DNA of 64,000 nt, taken from the human T2T-CHM13v2.0 reference genome, Homo sapiens. This document shows positions 10,877 through 24,600 of this stretch, piece after piece. The stretch's first letter is position 1. Each line of letters starts with the position of its first letter. The stretch lies in assembly GCF_009914755.1 (NCBI RefSeq), contig NC_060944.1, one strand, 5' to 3'. The notes under the pieces were generated by a model. The model made no database searches. It was not told the origin of the DNA and was given only the letters and a program-made list of their open reading frames with translations. A program made the position numbers and the translations under genes.

Positions 10877-13253
10877 TTTGTAAAATCTGCAAGAGGATAT
10901 TTGGATAGCTTTGAGGATTTCGTTGGAAACGGGAATGTCTTCATGTAAACTCTAGACAGAAGCATTCTCAGAAACTGCTTTGGGATGTTTCAATTGAAGT
11001 CCCAGTGTTGAACATTCCCTTTCATAGAGCAGGTTTGAAACACTCTTTTTGTACTATCTGGAAGTGGACATTTGGAGCGCTTTCAGGTCTACGGTGAAAA
11101 AGGAGATATCTTCCAATAAAAACTAGATAGAAGCAATGTCAGAACTTTTTTCATGATGTATCTACTCAGCAAACAGAGTTGAACCTTTCTTTTGAGAGAG
11201 CAGTTTTGAAACACTCTTTTTGTGGAATATGCAAGTGGGTATTAGGCCAGCTTGGAGGATTTCGTTGGAAACGGGAATACGTATAAAAAGCAGACAGCAG
11301 CATTGTCAGAAACTACTTTGTGATGTTTGCATTCAAGTCACAGAATTGAACACTCCCTTTCACAGAGCAGGTTTGAAACACTCTTTTTGTAGTGTCTGTA
11401 AGTGAACATTTGGATTGCTTTCAGGCCTAAGGTGAAAAAGGAAATATCTTCCCATAAAAACTAGACAGAAGCATTCTCAGAAACTTGTTTGTGATGTGTG
11501 CCCTCTACTGACAGAGTTGAAGCTTTCTTTGCAAAGAGCAGTTTTGAAACACTCTTTTTGTAGAATCTGCAAGAGGATATTTGGATAGCTTTGAGGATTT
11601 CTTGGGAAACGGGAATGTCTTCAGATAAACTCTAGACAGAAGCATTCTCAGAAACTTCTTTGGGATGTTTCAATTGAACTCACAGTGTTGAACATTCCCT
11701 TTCACAGAGCAGGTTTGAAACACTCTTTTTGTAGTGTCTATAAGTGAACATTTGGCGTGCTTTCAGGCCTAACGTGAAAAAGGAAATATCTTCCCATAAA
11801 AACTAGACAGAAGCATTCTCAGAAACTTGTTCTTGATGTGTGCCCTCTACTGACAGAGTTGAACCTTTCTTTGCAAAGAGCAGCTTTGAAACACTCTTTT
11901 TGTAGAATCTGCAAGAGGATATTTGGATAGCTTGGAGGATTTCGTTGGAAACGGGTATGTCTTCAGATAAACTCTAGACAGAAGCATTCTCAGAAACTTC
12001 TTTGGGATGTTGCATTCAAGTCACAGAGTAGAACATTCCCATTCATAGAGCAGATTTGAAACACTCTTTTTGTAGTATCTGGAAGTGGACATTTGGAGCG
12101 CTTTCAGGCCTATGTTGAAAAAGGAAATATCTTCCCATAAAAACTAGACGGAAGCATTCTCAGAAACTTATTTGTGATGTGTTTGCTCAACTAACAGGAT
12201 TGAACCATCGTTTTGAAGGAGCAGTTTTGAAACACTGTTTTCGTGGAATCTGCAAGTGGATATTTGGCTAGCTTTGAGGATTTCGTTGGAAACGGGATTA
12301 CATATAAAAAGGAGACAGCAGCATTCTCAGAAACTTCTTTGTGATGTCTGCATTCAATTCACAGAGTTGAGCATTCCCTTTCATAGAGCAGGTTGGAAAA
12401 ACTCTTTCTGCATTCCCTGGAAGTGGACATTTGGAGCGCTTTCAGGACGACGGTGAAAATGGAAATATCTTCCAAGAAAATCTAGATAGAAGCAATGTCC
12501 GAAACTTTTATGTGATGGATCTACTCAGCTAACAGAGTTGAACCTTTCTTTTGAGAGAGCAGTTTTGCAACACTCTTTTTGTGGAATATGCAAGTGGATA
12601 TTAGGGCAGCTTTGAGGATTTCGTTGGAAACGGGAATACATGTAAAAAGCAGACAGCAGCATTCTCAGAAACTTCTTTGTGATGTTTGCATTGAAGTCAC
12701 AGAGTTGAACATTCCCTTTGAGAGAGCAGGTTTGAAACACGCCTTTTGTCATATCTGGAAGTGTCCATTCGGAGCGCATTCAGGCTTGTGTTGAAAAAGG
12801 AAATATCCTCCCAGAAAAACTAGACAGAAGCATTCTCAGAAACTTATCTGTGATGTATGTACTCAACTAACAGAACTAAACCATCGTTTTGAAGGAGCAG
12901 TTTTGAAACACTCATTTTGCGGAATCTGCAAGTGGATATTTGGCTAGCTGGGAGGATTTCGTTGGAAACGGGATTACATACAAAAAGCAGACAGCAGCAT
13001 TCTCAGAAACTTCTTTGTGATGTTTGCATTCAAGTCACAGAGTTGAACATTCCCTTTCATAGAGCAGGTTTGAAACACTCTTTTTGTAGTATCTGGATGT
13101 GGACATTTGGATCGCTTTCAGGCCTATGGTGAAAAAGGAAATATCTTCCCATGAAAACTAGACAGAAGCATTCTCAGAAACTTATTTGTGATGTGTGCCC
13201 TCAACTGACAGTGTTGAACCTTTGTTTTGATAGAGCAGTTCTGAAACACACTT
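10877..13253 (+). repeat. 14-mer HOR structural variant (342-bp dimer deletion, hybrid monomer with junction within 12383-12407)
   Basis: Anchor step 11220->13597 is 2,377 = 2,719-342. The sequence switches from TTGAGCATTCCCTTTC (monomer after box 5) to CTGCATTCCCTGG (monomer after box 6). Box 6 is absent. Confidence 0.95.
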
Positions 13254-15972
13254 TTTGTAAAATCTGCAAGAGGATATTTGGATAGCTTTGAGGATTTCGT
13301 TCGAAACGGGAATGTCTTCATGTAAACTCTAGACAGAAGCATTCTCAGAAACTGCTTTGGGATGTTTCAATTGAAGTCCCAGTGTTGAACATTCCCTTTC
13401 ATAGAGCAGGTTTGAAACACTCTTTTTGTACTATCTGGAAGTGGACATTTGGAGCGCTTTCAGGTCTACGGTGAAAAAGGAGATATCTTCCAATAAAAAC
13501 TAGATAGAAGCAATGTCAGAACTTTTTTCATGATGTATCTACTCAGCAAACAGAGTTGAACCTTTCTTTTGAGAGAGCAGTTTTGAAACACTCTTTTTGT
13601 GGAATATGCAAGTGGGTATTAGGCCAGCTTGGAGGATTTCGTTGGAAACGGGAATACGTATAAAAAGCAGACAGCAGCATTGTCAGAAACTACTTTGTGA
13701 TGTTTGCATTCAAGTCACAGAATTGAACACTCCCTTTCACAGAGCAGGTTTGAAACACTCTTTTTGTAGTGTCTGTAAGTGAACATTTGGATTGCTTTCA
13801 GGCCTAAGGTGAAAAAGGAAATATCTTCCCATAAAAACTAGACAGAAGCATTCTCAGAAACTTGTTTGTGATGTGTGCCCTCTACTGACAGAGTTGAACC
13901 TTTCTTTGCAAAGAGCAGTTTTGAAACACCCTTTTTGTAGAATCTGCAAGAGGATATTTGGATAGCTTTGAGGATTTCTTGGGAAACGGGAATGTCTTCA
14001 GATAAACTCTAGACAGAAGCATTCTCAGAAACTTCTTTGGGATGTTTCAATTGAAGTCACAGTGTTGAACATTCCCTTTCACAGAGCAGGTTTGAAACAC
14101 TCTTTTTGTAGTGTCTATAAGTGAACATTTGGCGTGCTTTCAGGCGTAACGTGAAAAAGGAAATATCTTCCCATAAAAACTAGACAGAAGCATTCTCAGA
14201 AACTTGTTCTTGATGTGTCCCCTCTACTGACAGAGTTGAACCTTTCTTTGCAAAGAGCAGCTTTGAAACACACTTTTTGTAGAATCTGCAAGAGGATATT
14301 TGGATAGCTTGGAGGATTTCGTTGGAAACGGGTATGTCTTCAGATAAACTCTAGACAGAAGCATTCTCAGAAACTTCTTTGGGATGTTGCATTCAAGTCA
14401 CAGAGTAGAACATTCCCATTCATAGAGCAGATTTGAAACACTCTTTTTGTAGTATCTGGAAGTGGACATTTGGAGCGCTTTCAGGCCTATGTTGAAAAAG
14501 GAAATATCTTCCCATAAAAACTAGACGGAAGCATTCTCAGAAACTTATTTGTGATGTGTTTGCTCAACTAACAGGATTGAACCATCGTTTTGAAGGAGCA
14601 GTTTTGAAACACTGTTTTCGTGGAATCTGCAAGTGGATATTTGGCTAGCTTTGAGGATTTCGTTGGAAACGGGATTACATATAAAAAGGAGACAGCAGCA
14701 TTCTCAGAAACTTCTTTGTGATGTCTGCATTCAATTCACAGAGTTGAGCATTCCCTTTCATAGAGCAGGTTGGAAACACTCTTTTTGTAGTATCTGGATG
14801 AGGACATTTGGAGCGCTTTCAGGCGTATGGTGAAAAAGGAAATATCTTCCCGTAAAAACTAGACAGAAGCATTCTCAGAAGTTTATTTGTGATGTGTGCC
14901 CTCAACTAACAGAGTTGAACCTTTCTTTTGATAGAGCAGTTTTGAAACACTCTTTTTGTAAAATCTGCAAGAGGATATTTGGATAGCTTTGAGGATTTCG
15001 TTGCAAACGGGAATGGCTTCATATAAACTCTAGACAGAAGCATTCTCAGAAACTTCGTTGGGATGTTTCTATTGAAGTCCCAGTGTTGAACACTCCTTTT
15101 TATAGAGCAGGTTGGAAACACTCTTTCTGCATTCCCTGGAAGTGGACATTTGGAGCGCTTTCAGGACGACGGTGAAAATGGAAATATCTTCCAAGAAAAT
15201 CTAGATAGAAGCAATGTCAGAAACTTTTATGTGATGGATCTACTCAGCTAACAGAGTTGAACCTTTCTTTTGAGAGAGCAGTTTTGCAACACTCTTTTTG
15301 TGGAATATGCATGTGGATATTAGGGCAGCTTTGAGGATTTCGTTGGAAACGGGAATACATGTAAAAAGCAGACAGCAGCATTCTCAGAAACTTCTTTGTG
15401 ATGTTTGCATTGAAGTCACAGAGTTGAACATTCCCTTTGAGAGAGCAGGTTTGAAACACGCCTTTTGTCATATCTGGAAGTGTCCATTCGGAGCGCATTC
15501 AGGCTTGTGTTGAAAAAGGAAATATCCTCCCATAAAAACTAGACAGAAGCATTCTCAGAAACTTATCTGTGATGTATGTACTCAACTAACAGAACTAAAC
15601 CATCGTTTTGAAGGAGCAGTTTTGAAACACTCTTTTTGCGGAATCTGCAAGTGGATATTTGGCTAGCTGGGAGGATTTCGTTGGAAACGGGATTACATAC
15701 AAAAAGCAGAGAGCAGCATTCTCAGAAACTTCTTTGTGATGTTTGCATTCAAGTCACAGAGTTGAACATTCCCTTTCATAGAGCAGGTTTGAAACACTCT
15801 TTTTGTAGTATCTGGATGTGGACATTTGGATCGCTTTCAGGCCTATGGTGAAAAAGGAAATATCTTCCCATGAAAACTAGACAGAAGCATTCTCAGAAAC
15901 TTATTTGTGATGTGTGCCCTCAACTGACAGTGTTGAACCTTTGTTTTGATAGAGCAGTTCTGAAACACACTT

Positions 15973-18693
15973 TTTGTAAAATCTGCAAGAGGATATTTGG
16001 ATAGCTTTGAGGATTTCGTTGGAAACGGGAATGTCTTCATGTAAACTCTGGACAGAAGCATTCTCAGAAACTGCTTTGGGATGTTTCAATTGAAGTCCCA
16101 GTGTTGAACATTCCCTTTCATAGAGCAGGTTTGAAACACTCTTTTTGTACTATCTGGAAGTGGACATTTGGAGCGCTTTCAGGTCTACGGTGAAAAAGGA
16201 GATATCTTCCAATAAAAACTAGATAGAAGCAATGTCAGAACTTTTTTCATGATGTATCTACTCAGCAAACAGAGTTGAACCTTTCTTTTGAGAGAGCAGT
16301 TTTGAAACACTCTTTTTGTGGAATATGCAAGTGGGTATTAGGCCAGCTTGGAGGATTTCGTTGGAAACGGGAATACGTATAAAAAGCAGACAGCAGCATT
16401 GTCAGAAACTACTTTGTGATGTTTGCATTCAAGTCACAGAATTGAACACTCCCTTTCACAGAGCAGGTTTGAAACACTCTTTTTGTAGTGTCTGTAAGTG
16501 AACATTTGGATTGCTTTCAGGCCTAAGGTGAAAAAGGAAATATCTTCCCATAAAAACTAGACAGAAGCATTCTCAGAAACTTGTTTGTGATGTGTGCCCT
16601 CTACTGACAGAGTTGAACCTTTCTTTGCAAAGAGCAGTTTTGAAACACTCTTTTTGTAGAATCTGCAAGAGGATATTTGGATAGCTTTGAGGATTTCTTG
16701 GGAAACGGGAATGTCTTCAGATAAACTCTAGACAGAAGCATTCTCAGAAACTTCTTTGGGATGTTTCAATTGAACTCACAGTGTTGAACATTCCCTTTCA
16801 CAGAGCAGGTTTGAAACACTCTTTTTGTAGTGTCTATAAGTGAACATTTGGCGTGCTTTCAGGCCTAACGTGAAAAAGGAAATATCTTCCCATAAAAACT
16901 AGACAGAAGCATTCTCAGAAACTTGTTCGTGATGTGTGCCCTCTACTGACAGAGTTGAACCTTTCTTTGCAAAGAGCAGCTTTGAAACACACTTTTTGTA
17001 GAATCTGCAAGAGGATATTTGGATAGCTTGGAGGATTTCGTTGGAAACGGGTATGTCTTCAGATAAACTCTAGACAGAAGCATTCTCAGAAACTTCTTTG
17101 GGATGTTGCATTCAAGTCACAGAGTAGAACATTCCCATTCATAGAGCAGATTTGAAACACTCTTTTTGTAGTATCTGGAAGTGGACATTTGGAGCGCTTT
17201 CAGGCCTATGTTGAAAAAGGAAATATCTTCCCATAAAAACTAGACGGAAGCATTCTCAGAAACTTATTTGTGATGTGTTTGCTCAACTAACAGGATTGAA
17301 CCATCGTTTTGAAGGAGCAGTTTTGAAACACTGTTTTCGTGGAATCTGCAAGTGGATATTTGGCTAGCTTTGAGGATTTCGTTGGAAACGGGATTACATA
17401 TAAAAAGGAGACAGCAGCATTCTCAGAAACTTCTTTGTGATGTCTGCATTCAATTCACAGAGTTGAGCATTCCCTTTCATAGAGCAGGTTGGAAACACTC
17501 TTTTTGTAGTATCTGGATGAGGACATTTGGAGCGCTTTCAGGCGTATGGTGAAAAAGGAAATATCTTCCCGTAAAAACTAGACAGAAGCATTCTCAGAAG
17601 TTTATTTGTGATGTGTGCCCTCAACTAACAGAGTTGAACCTTTCTTTTGATAGAGCAGTTTTGAAACACTCTTTTTGTAAAATCTGCAAGAGGATATTTG
17701 GATAGCTTTGAGGATTTCGTTGCAAACGAGAATGGCTTCATATAAACTCTAGACAGAAGCATTCTCAGAAACTTCGTTGGGATGTTTCGATTGAAGTCCC
17801 AGTGTTGAACATTCCCTTTTTTATAGAGCAGGTTGGAAACACTCTTTCTGCATTCCCTGGAAGTGGACATTTGGAGCGCTTTCAGGACGACGGTGAAAAT
17901 GGAAATATCTTCCAAGAAAATCTAGATAGAAGCAATGTCAGAAACTTTTATGTGATGGATCTACTCAGCTAACAGAGTTGAACCTTTCTTTTGAGAGAGC
18001 AGTTTTGCAACACTCTTTTTGTGGAATATGCAAGTGGATATTAGGGCAGCTTTGAGGATTTCGTTGGAAACGGGAATACATGTAAATAGCAGACAGCAGC
18101 ATTCTCAGAAACTCCTTTGTGATGTTTGCATTGAAGTCACAGAGTTGAACATTCCCTTTGAGAGAGCAGGTTTGAAACACGCCTTTTGTCATATCTGGAA
18201 GTGTCCATTCGGAGCGCATTCAGGCTTGTGTTGAAAAAGGAAATATCCTCCCATAAAAACTAGACAGAAGCATTCTCAGAAACTTATCTGTGATGTATGT
18301 ACTCAACTAACAGAACTAAACCATCGTTTTGAAGGAGCAGTTTTGAAACACTCTTTTTGCGGAATCTGCAAGTGGATATTTGGCTAGCTGGGAGGATTTC
18401 GTTGGAAACGGGATTACATACAAAAAGCAGACAGCAGCATTCTCAGAAACTTCTTTGTGATGTTTGCATTCAAGTCACAGAGTTGAACATTCCCTTTCAT
18501 AGAGCAGGTTTGAAACACTCTTTTTGTAGTATCTGGATGTGGACATTTGGATCGCTTTCAGGCCTATGGTGAAAAAGGAAATATCTTCCCATGAAGACTA
18601 GACAGAAGCATTCTCAGAAACTTATTTGTGATGTGTGCCCTCAACTGACAGTGTTGAACCTTTGTTTTGATAGAGCAGTTCTGAAACACACTT
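15973..18693 (+). repeat. 16-mer HOR with a 2-bp T-run expansion (2,721 bp)
   Basis: CCCTTTTTTATAG (T6 at 17817-17822) versus CCCTTTTATAG; anchor step 16316->19037 is 2,721. Confidence 0.9.
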
Positions 18694-21600
18694 TTTGTAA
18701 AATCTGCAAGAGGATATTTGGATAGCTTTGAGGATTTCGTTGGAAACGGGAATGTCTTCATGTAAACTCTAGACAGAAGCATTCTCAGAAACTGCTTTGG
18801 GATGTTTCAATTGAAGTCCCAGTGTTGAACATTCCCATTCATAGAGCAGGTTTGAAACACTCTTTTTGTACTATCTGGAAGTGGACATTTGGAGCGCTTT
18901 CAGGTCTACGGTGAAAAAGGAGATATCTTCCAATAAAAACTAGATAGAAGCAATGTCAGAACTTTTTTCATGATGTATCTACTCAGCAAACAGAGTTGAA
19001 CCTTTCTTTTGAGAGAGCAGTTTTGAAACACTCTTTTTGTGGAATATGCAAGTGGGTATTAGGCCAGCTTGGAGGATTTCGTTGGAAACGGGAATACGTA
19101 TAAAAAGCAGACAGCAGCATTGTCAGAAACTACTTTGTGATGTTTGCATTCAAGTCACAGAATTGAACACTCCCTTTCACAGAGCAGGTTTGAAACACTC
19201 TTTTTGTAGTGTCTGTAAGTGAACATTTGGATTGCTTTCAGGCCTAAGGTGAAAAAGGAAATATTTTCCCATAAAAACTAGACAGAAGCATTCTCAGAAA
19301 CTTGTTTGTGATGTGTGCCCTCTACTGACAGAGTTGAAGCTTTCTTTGCAAAGAGCAGTTTTGAAACACTCTTTTTGTAGAATCTGCAAGAGGATATTTG
19401 GTTAGCTTTGAGGATTTCTTGGGAAACGGGAATGTCTTCAGATAAACTCTAGACAGAAGCATTCTCAGAAACTTCTTTGGGATGTTTCAATTGAAGTCAC
19501 AGTGTTGAACATTCCCTTTCACAGAGCAGGTTTGAAACACTCTTTTTGTAGTGTCTATAAGTGAACATTTGGCGTGCTTTCAGGCCTAACGTGAAAAAGG
19601 AAATATCTTCCCATAAAAACTAGACAGAAGCATTCTCAGAAACTTGTTCTTGATGTGTCCCCTCTACTGACAGAGTTGAACCTTTCTTTGCAAAGAGCAG
19701 CTTTGAAACACTCTTTTTGTAGAATCTGCAAGAGGATATTTGGATAGCTTGGAGGATTTCGTTGGAAACGGGTATGTCTTCAGATAAACTCTAGACAGAA
19801 GCATTCTCAGAAACTTCTTTGGGATGTTGCATTCAAGTCACAGAGTAGAACATTCCCATTCATAGAGCAGATTTGAAACACTCTTTTTGTAGTATCTGGA
19901 AGTGGACATTTGGAGCGCTTTCAGGCCTATGTTGAAAAAGGAAATATCTTCCCATAAAAACTAGACGGAAGCATTCTCAGAAACTTATTTGTGATGTGTT
20001 TGCTCAACTAACAGGATTGAACCATCGTTTTGAAGGAGCAGTTTTGAAACACTGTTTTCGTGGAATCTGCAAGTGGATATTTGGCTAGCTTTGAGGATTT
20101 CGTTGGAAACGGGATTACATATAAAAAGGAGACAGCAGCATTCTCAGAAACTTCTTTGTGATGTCTGCATTCAATTCACAGAGTTGAGCATTCCCTTTCA
20201 TAGAGCAGGTTGGAAACACTCTTTTTGTAGTATCTGGATGAGGACATTTGGAGCGCTTTCAGGCGTATGGTGAAAAAGGAAATATCTTCCCGTAAAAACT
20301 AGACAGAAGCATTCTCAGAAGTTTATTTGTGATGTGTGCCCTCAACTAACAGAGTTGAACCTTTCTTTTGATAGAGCAGTTTTGAAACACTCTTTTTGTA
20401 AAATCTGCAAGAGGATATTTGGATAGCTTTGAGGATTTCGTTGCAAACGGGAATGGCTTCATATAAACTCTAGACAGAAGCATTCTCAGAAACTTCGTTG
20501 GGATGTTTCTATTGAAGTCCCAGTGTTGAACACTCCTTTTTATAGAGCAGGTTGGAAACACTCTTTCTGCATTCCCTGGAAGTGGACATTTGGAGCGCTT
20601 TCAGGACGACGGTGAAAATGGAAATATCTTCCAAGAAAATCTAGATAGAAGCAATGTCAGAAACTTTTATGTGATGGATCTACTCAGCTAACAGAGTTGA
20701 ACCTTTCTTTTGAGAGAGCAGTTTTGCAACACTCTTTTTGTGGAATATGCAAGTGGATATTAGGGCAGCTTTGAGGATTTCGTTGGAAACGGGAATACAT
20801 GTAAAAAGCAGACAGCAGCATTCTCAGAAACTTCTTTGTGATGTTTGCATTGAAGTCACAGAGTTGAACATTCCCTTTGAGAGAGCAGGTTTGAAACACG
20901 CCTTTTGTCATATCTGGAAGTGTCCATTCGGAGCGCATTCAGGCTTGTGTTGAAAAAGGAAATATCCTCCCATAAAAACTAGACAGAAGCATTCTCAGAA
21001 ACTTATCTGTGATGTATGTACTCAACTAACAGAACTAAACCATCGTTTTGAAGGAGCAGTTTTGAAACACTCTTTTTGCGGAATCTGCAAGTGGATATTT
21101 GGCTAGCTGGGAGGATTTCGTTGGAAACGGGATTACATACAAAAAGCAGACAGCAGCATTCTCAGAAACTTCTTTGTGATGTTTGCATTCAAGTCACAGA
21201 GTTGAACATTCCCTTTCATAGAGCAGGTTTGAAACACTCTTTTTGTAGTATCTGGATGTGGACATTTGGATCGCTTTCAGGCCTATGGTGAAAAAGGAAA
21301 TATCTTCCCATGAAAACTAGACAGAAGCATTCTCAGAAACTTATTTGTGATGTGTGCCCTCAACTGACAGTGTTGAACCTTTGTTTTGATAGAGCAGTTC
21401 TGAAACACACTTTTTGTAAAATCTGCAAGAGGATATTTGGATAGCTTTGAGGATTTCGTTGGAAACGGGAATGTCTTCATGTAAACTCTGGACAGAAGCA
21501 TTCTCAGAAACTGCTTTGGGATGTTTCAATTGAAGTCCCAGTGTTGAACATTCCCTTTCATAGAGCAGGTTTGAAACACTCTTTTTGTACTATCTGGAAG

Positions 21601-24600
21601 TGGACATTTGGAGCGCTTTCAGGTCTACGGTGAAAAAGGAGATATCTTCCAATAAAAACTAGATAGAAGCAATGTCAGAACTTTTTTCATGATGTATCTA
21701 CTCAGCAAACAGAGTTGAACCTTTCTTTTGAGAGAGCAGTTTTGAAACACTCTTTTTGTGGAATATGCAAGTGGGTATTAGGCCAGCTTGGAGGATTTCG
21801 TTGGAAACGGGAATACGTATAAAAAGCAGACAGCAGCATTGTCAGAAACTACTTTGTGATGTTTGCATTCAAGTCACAGAATTGAACACTCCCTTTCACA
21901 GAGCAGGTTTGAAACACTCTTTTTGTAGTGTCTGTAAGTGAACATTTGGATTGCTTTCAGGCCTAAGGTGAAAAAGGAAATATCTTCCCATAAAAACTAG
22001 ACAGAAGCATTCTCAGAAACTTGTTTGTGATGTGTGCCCTCTACTGACAGAGTTGAACCTTTCTTTGCAAAGAGCAGTTTTGAAACACTCTTTTTGTAGA
22101 ATCTGCAAGAGGATATTTGGATAGCTTTGAGGATTTCTTGGGAAACGGGAATGTCTTCAGATAAACTCTAGACAGAAGCATTCTCAGAAACTTCTTTGGG
22201 ATGTTTCAATTGAAGTCACAGTGTTGAACATTCCCTTTCACAGAGCAGGTTTGAAACACTCTTTTTGTAGTGTCTATAAGTGAACATTTGGCGTGCTTTC
22301 AGGCCTAACGTGAAAAAGGAAATATCTTCCCATAAAAACTAGACAGAAGCATTCTCAGAAACTTGTTCGTGATGTGTGCCCTCTACTGACAGAGTTGAAC
22401 CTTTCTTTGCAAAGAGCAGCTTTGAAACACACTTTTTGTAGAATCTGCAAGAGGATATTTGGATAGCTTGGAGGATTTCGTTGGAAACGGGTATGTCTTC
22501 AGATAAACTCTAGACAGAAGCATTCTCAGAAACTTCTTTGGGATGTTGCATTCAAGTCACAGAGTAGAACATTCCCATTCATAGAGCAGATTTGAAACAC
22601 TCTTTTTGTAGTATCTGGAAGTGGACATTTGGAGCGCTTTCAGGCCTATGTTGAAAAAGGAAATATCTTCCCATAAAAACTAGACGGAAGCATTCTCAGA
22701 AACTTATTTGTGATGTGTTTGCTCAACTAACAGGATTGAACCATCGTTTTGAAGGAGCAGTTTTGAAACACTGTTTTCGTGGAATCTGCAAGTGGATATT
22801 TGGCTAGCTTTGAGGATTTCGTTGGAAACGGGATTACATATAAAAAGGAGACAGCAGCATTCTCAGAAACTTCTTTGTGATGTCTGCATTCAATTCACAG
22901 AGTTGAGCATTCCCTTTCATAGAGCAGGTTGGAAACACTCTTTTTGTAGTATCTGGATGAGGACATTTGGAGCGCTTTCAGGCGTATGGTGAAAAAGGAA
23001 ATATCTTCCCGTAAAAACTAGACAGAAGCATTCTCAGAAGTTTATTTGTGATGTGTGCCCTCAACTAACAGAGTTGAACCTTTCTTTTGATAGAGCAGTT
23101 TTGAAACACTCTTTTTGTAAAATCTGCAAGAGGATATTTGGATAGCTTTGAGGATTTCGTTGCAAACGGGAATGGCTTCATATAAACTCTAGACAGAAGC
23201 ATTCTCAGAAACTTCGTTGGGATGTTTCTATTGAAGTCCCAGTGTTGAACACTCCTTTTTATAGAGCAGGTTGGAAACACTCTTTCTGCATTCCCTGGAA
23301 GTGGACATTTGGAGCGCTTTCAGGACGACGGTGAAAATGGAAATATCTTCCAAGAAAATCTAGATAGAAGCAATGTCAGAAACTTTTATGTGATGGATCT
23401 ACTCAGCTAACAGAGTTGAACCTTTCTTTTGAGAGAGCAGTTTTGCAACACTCTTTTTGTGGAATATGCAAGTGGATATTAGGGCAGCTTTGAGGATTTC
23501 GTTGGAAACGGGAATACATGTAAAAAGCAGACAGCAGCATTCTCAGAAACTTCTTTGTGATGTTTGCATTGAAGTCACAGAGTTGAACATTCCCTTTGAG
23601 AGAGCAGGTTTGAAACACGCCTTTTGTCATATCTGGAAGTGTCCATTCGGAGCGCATTCAGGCTTGTGTTGAAAAAGGAAATATCCTCCCATAAAAACTA
23701 GACAGAAGCATTCTCAGAAACTTATCTGTGATGTATGTACTCAACTAACAGAACTAAACCATCGTTTTGAAGGAGCAGTTTTGAAACACTCTTTTTGCGG
23801 AATCTGCAAGTGGATATTTGGCTAGCTGGGAGGATTTCGTTGGAAACGGGATTACATACAAAAAGCAGACAGCAGCATTCTCAGAAACTTCTTTGTGATG
23901 TTTGCATTCAAGTCACAGAGTTGAACATTCCCTTTCATAGAGCAGGTTTGAAACACTCTTTTTGTAGTATCTGGATGTGGACATTTGGATCGCTTTCAGG
24001 CCTATGGTGAAAAAGGAAATATCTTCCCATGAAAACTAGACAGAAGCATTCTCAGAAACTTATTTGTGATGTGTGCCCTCAACTGACAGTGTTGAACCTT
24101 TGTTTTGATAGAGCAGTTCTGAAACACACTTTTTGTAAAATCTGCAAGAGGATATTTGGATAGCTTTGAGGATTTCGTTGGAAACGGGAATGTCTTCATG
24201 TAAACTCTGGACAGAAGCATTCTCAGAAACTGCTTTGGGATGTTTCAATTGAAGTCCCAGTGTTGAACATTCCCTTTCATAGAGCAGGTTTGAAACACTC
24301 TTTTTGTACTATCTGGAAGTGGACATTTGGAGCGCTTTCAGGTCTACGGTGAAAAAGGAGATATCTTCCAATAAAAACTAGATAGAAGCAATGTCAGAAC
24401 TTTTTTCATGATGTATCTACTCAGCAAACAGAGTTGAACCTTTCTTTTGAGAGAGCAGTTTTGAAACACTCTTTTTGTGGAATATGCAAGTGGGTATTAG
24501 GCCAGCTTGGAGGATTTCGTTGGAAACGGGAATACGTATAAAAAGCAGACAGCAGCATTGTCAGAAACTACTTTGTGATGTTTGCATTCAAGTCACAGAA

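Noticed and set aside
17625-17915. Longest ORF (96 aa, minus strand)
   Set aside because: Created by the 2-bp T-run expansion joining two frames; no evidence of coding function.
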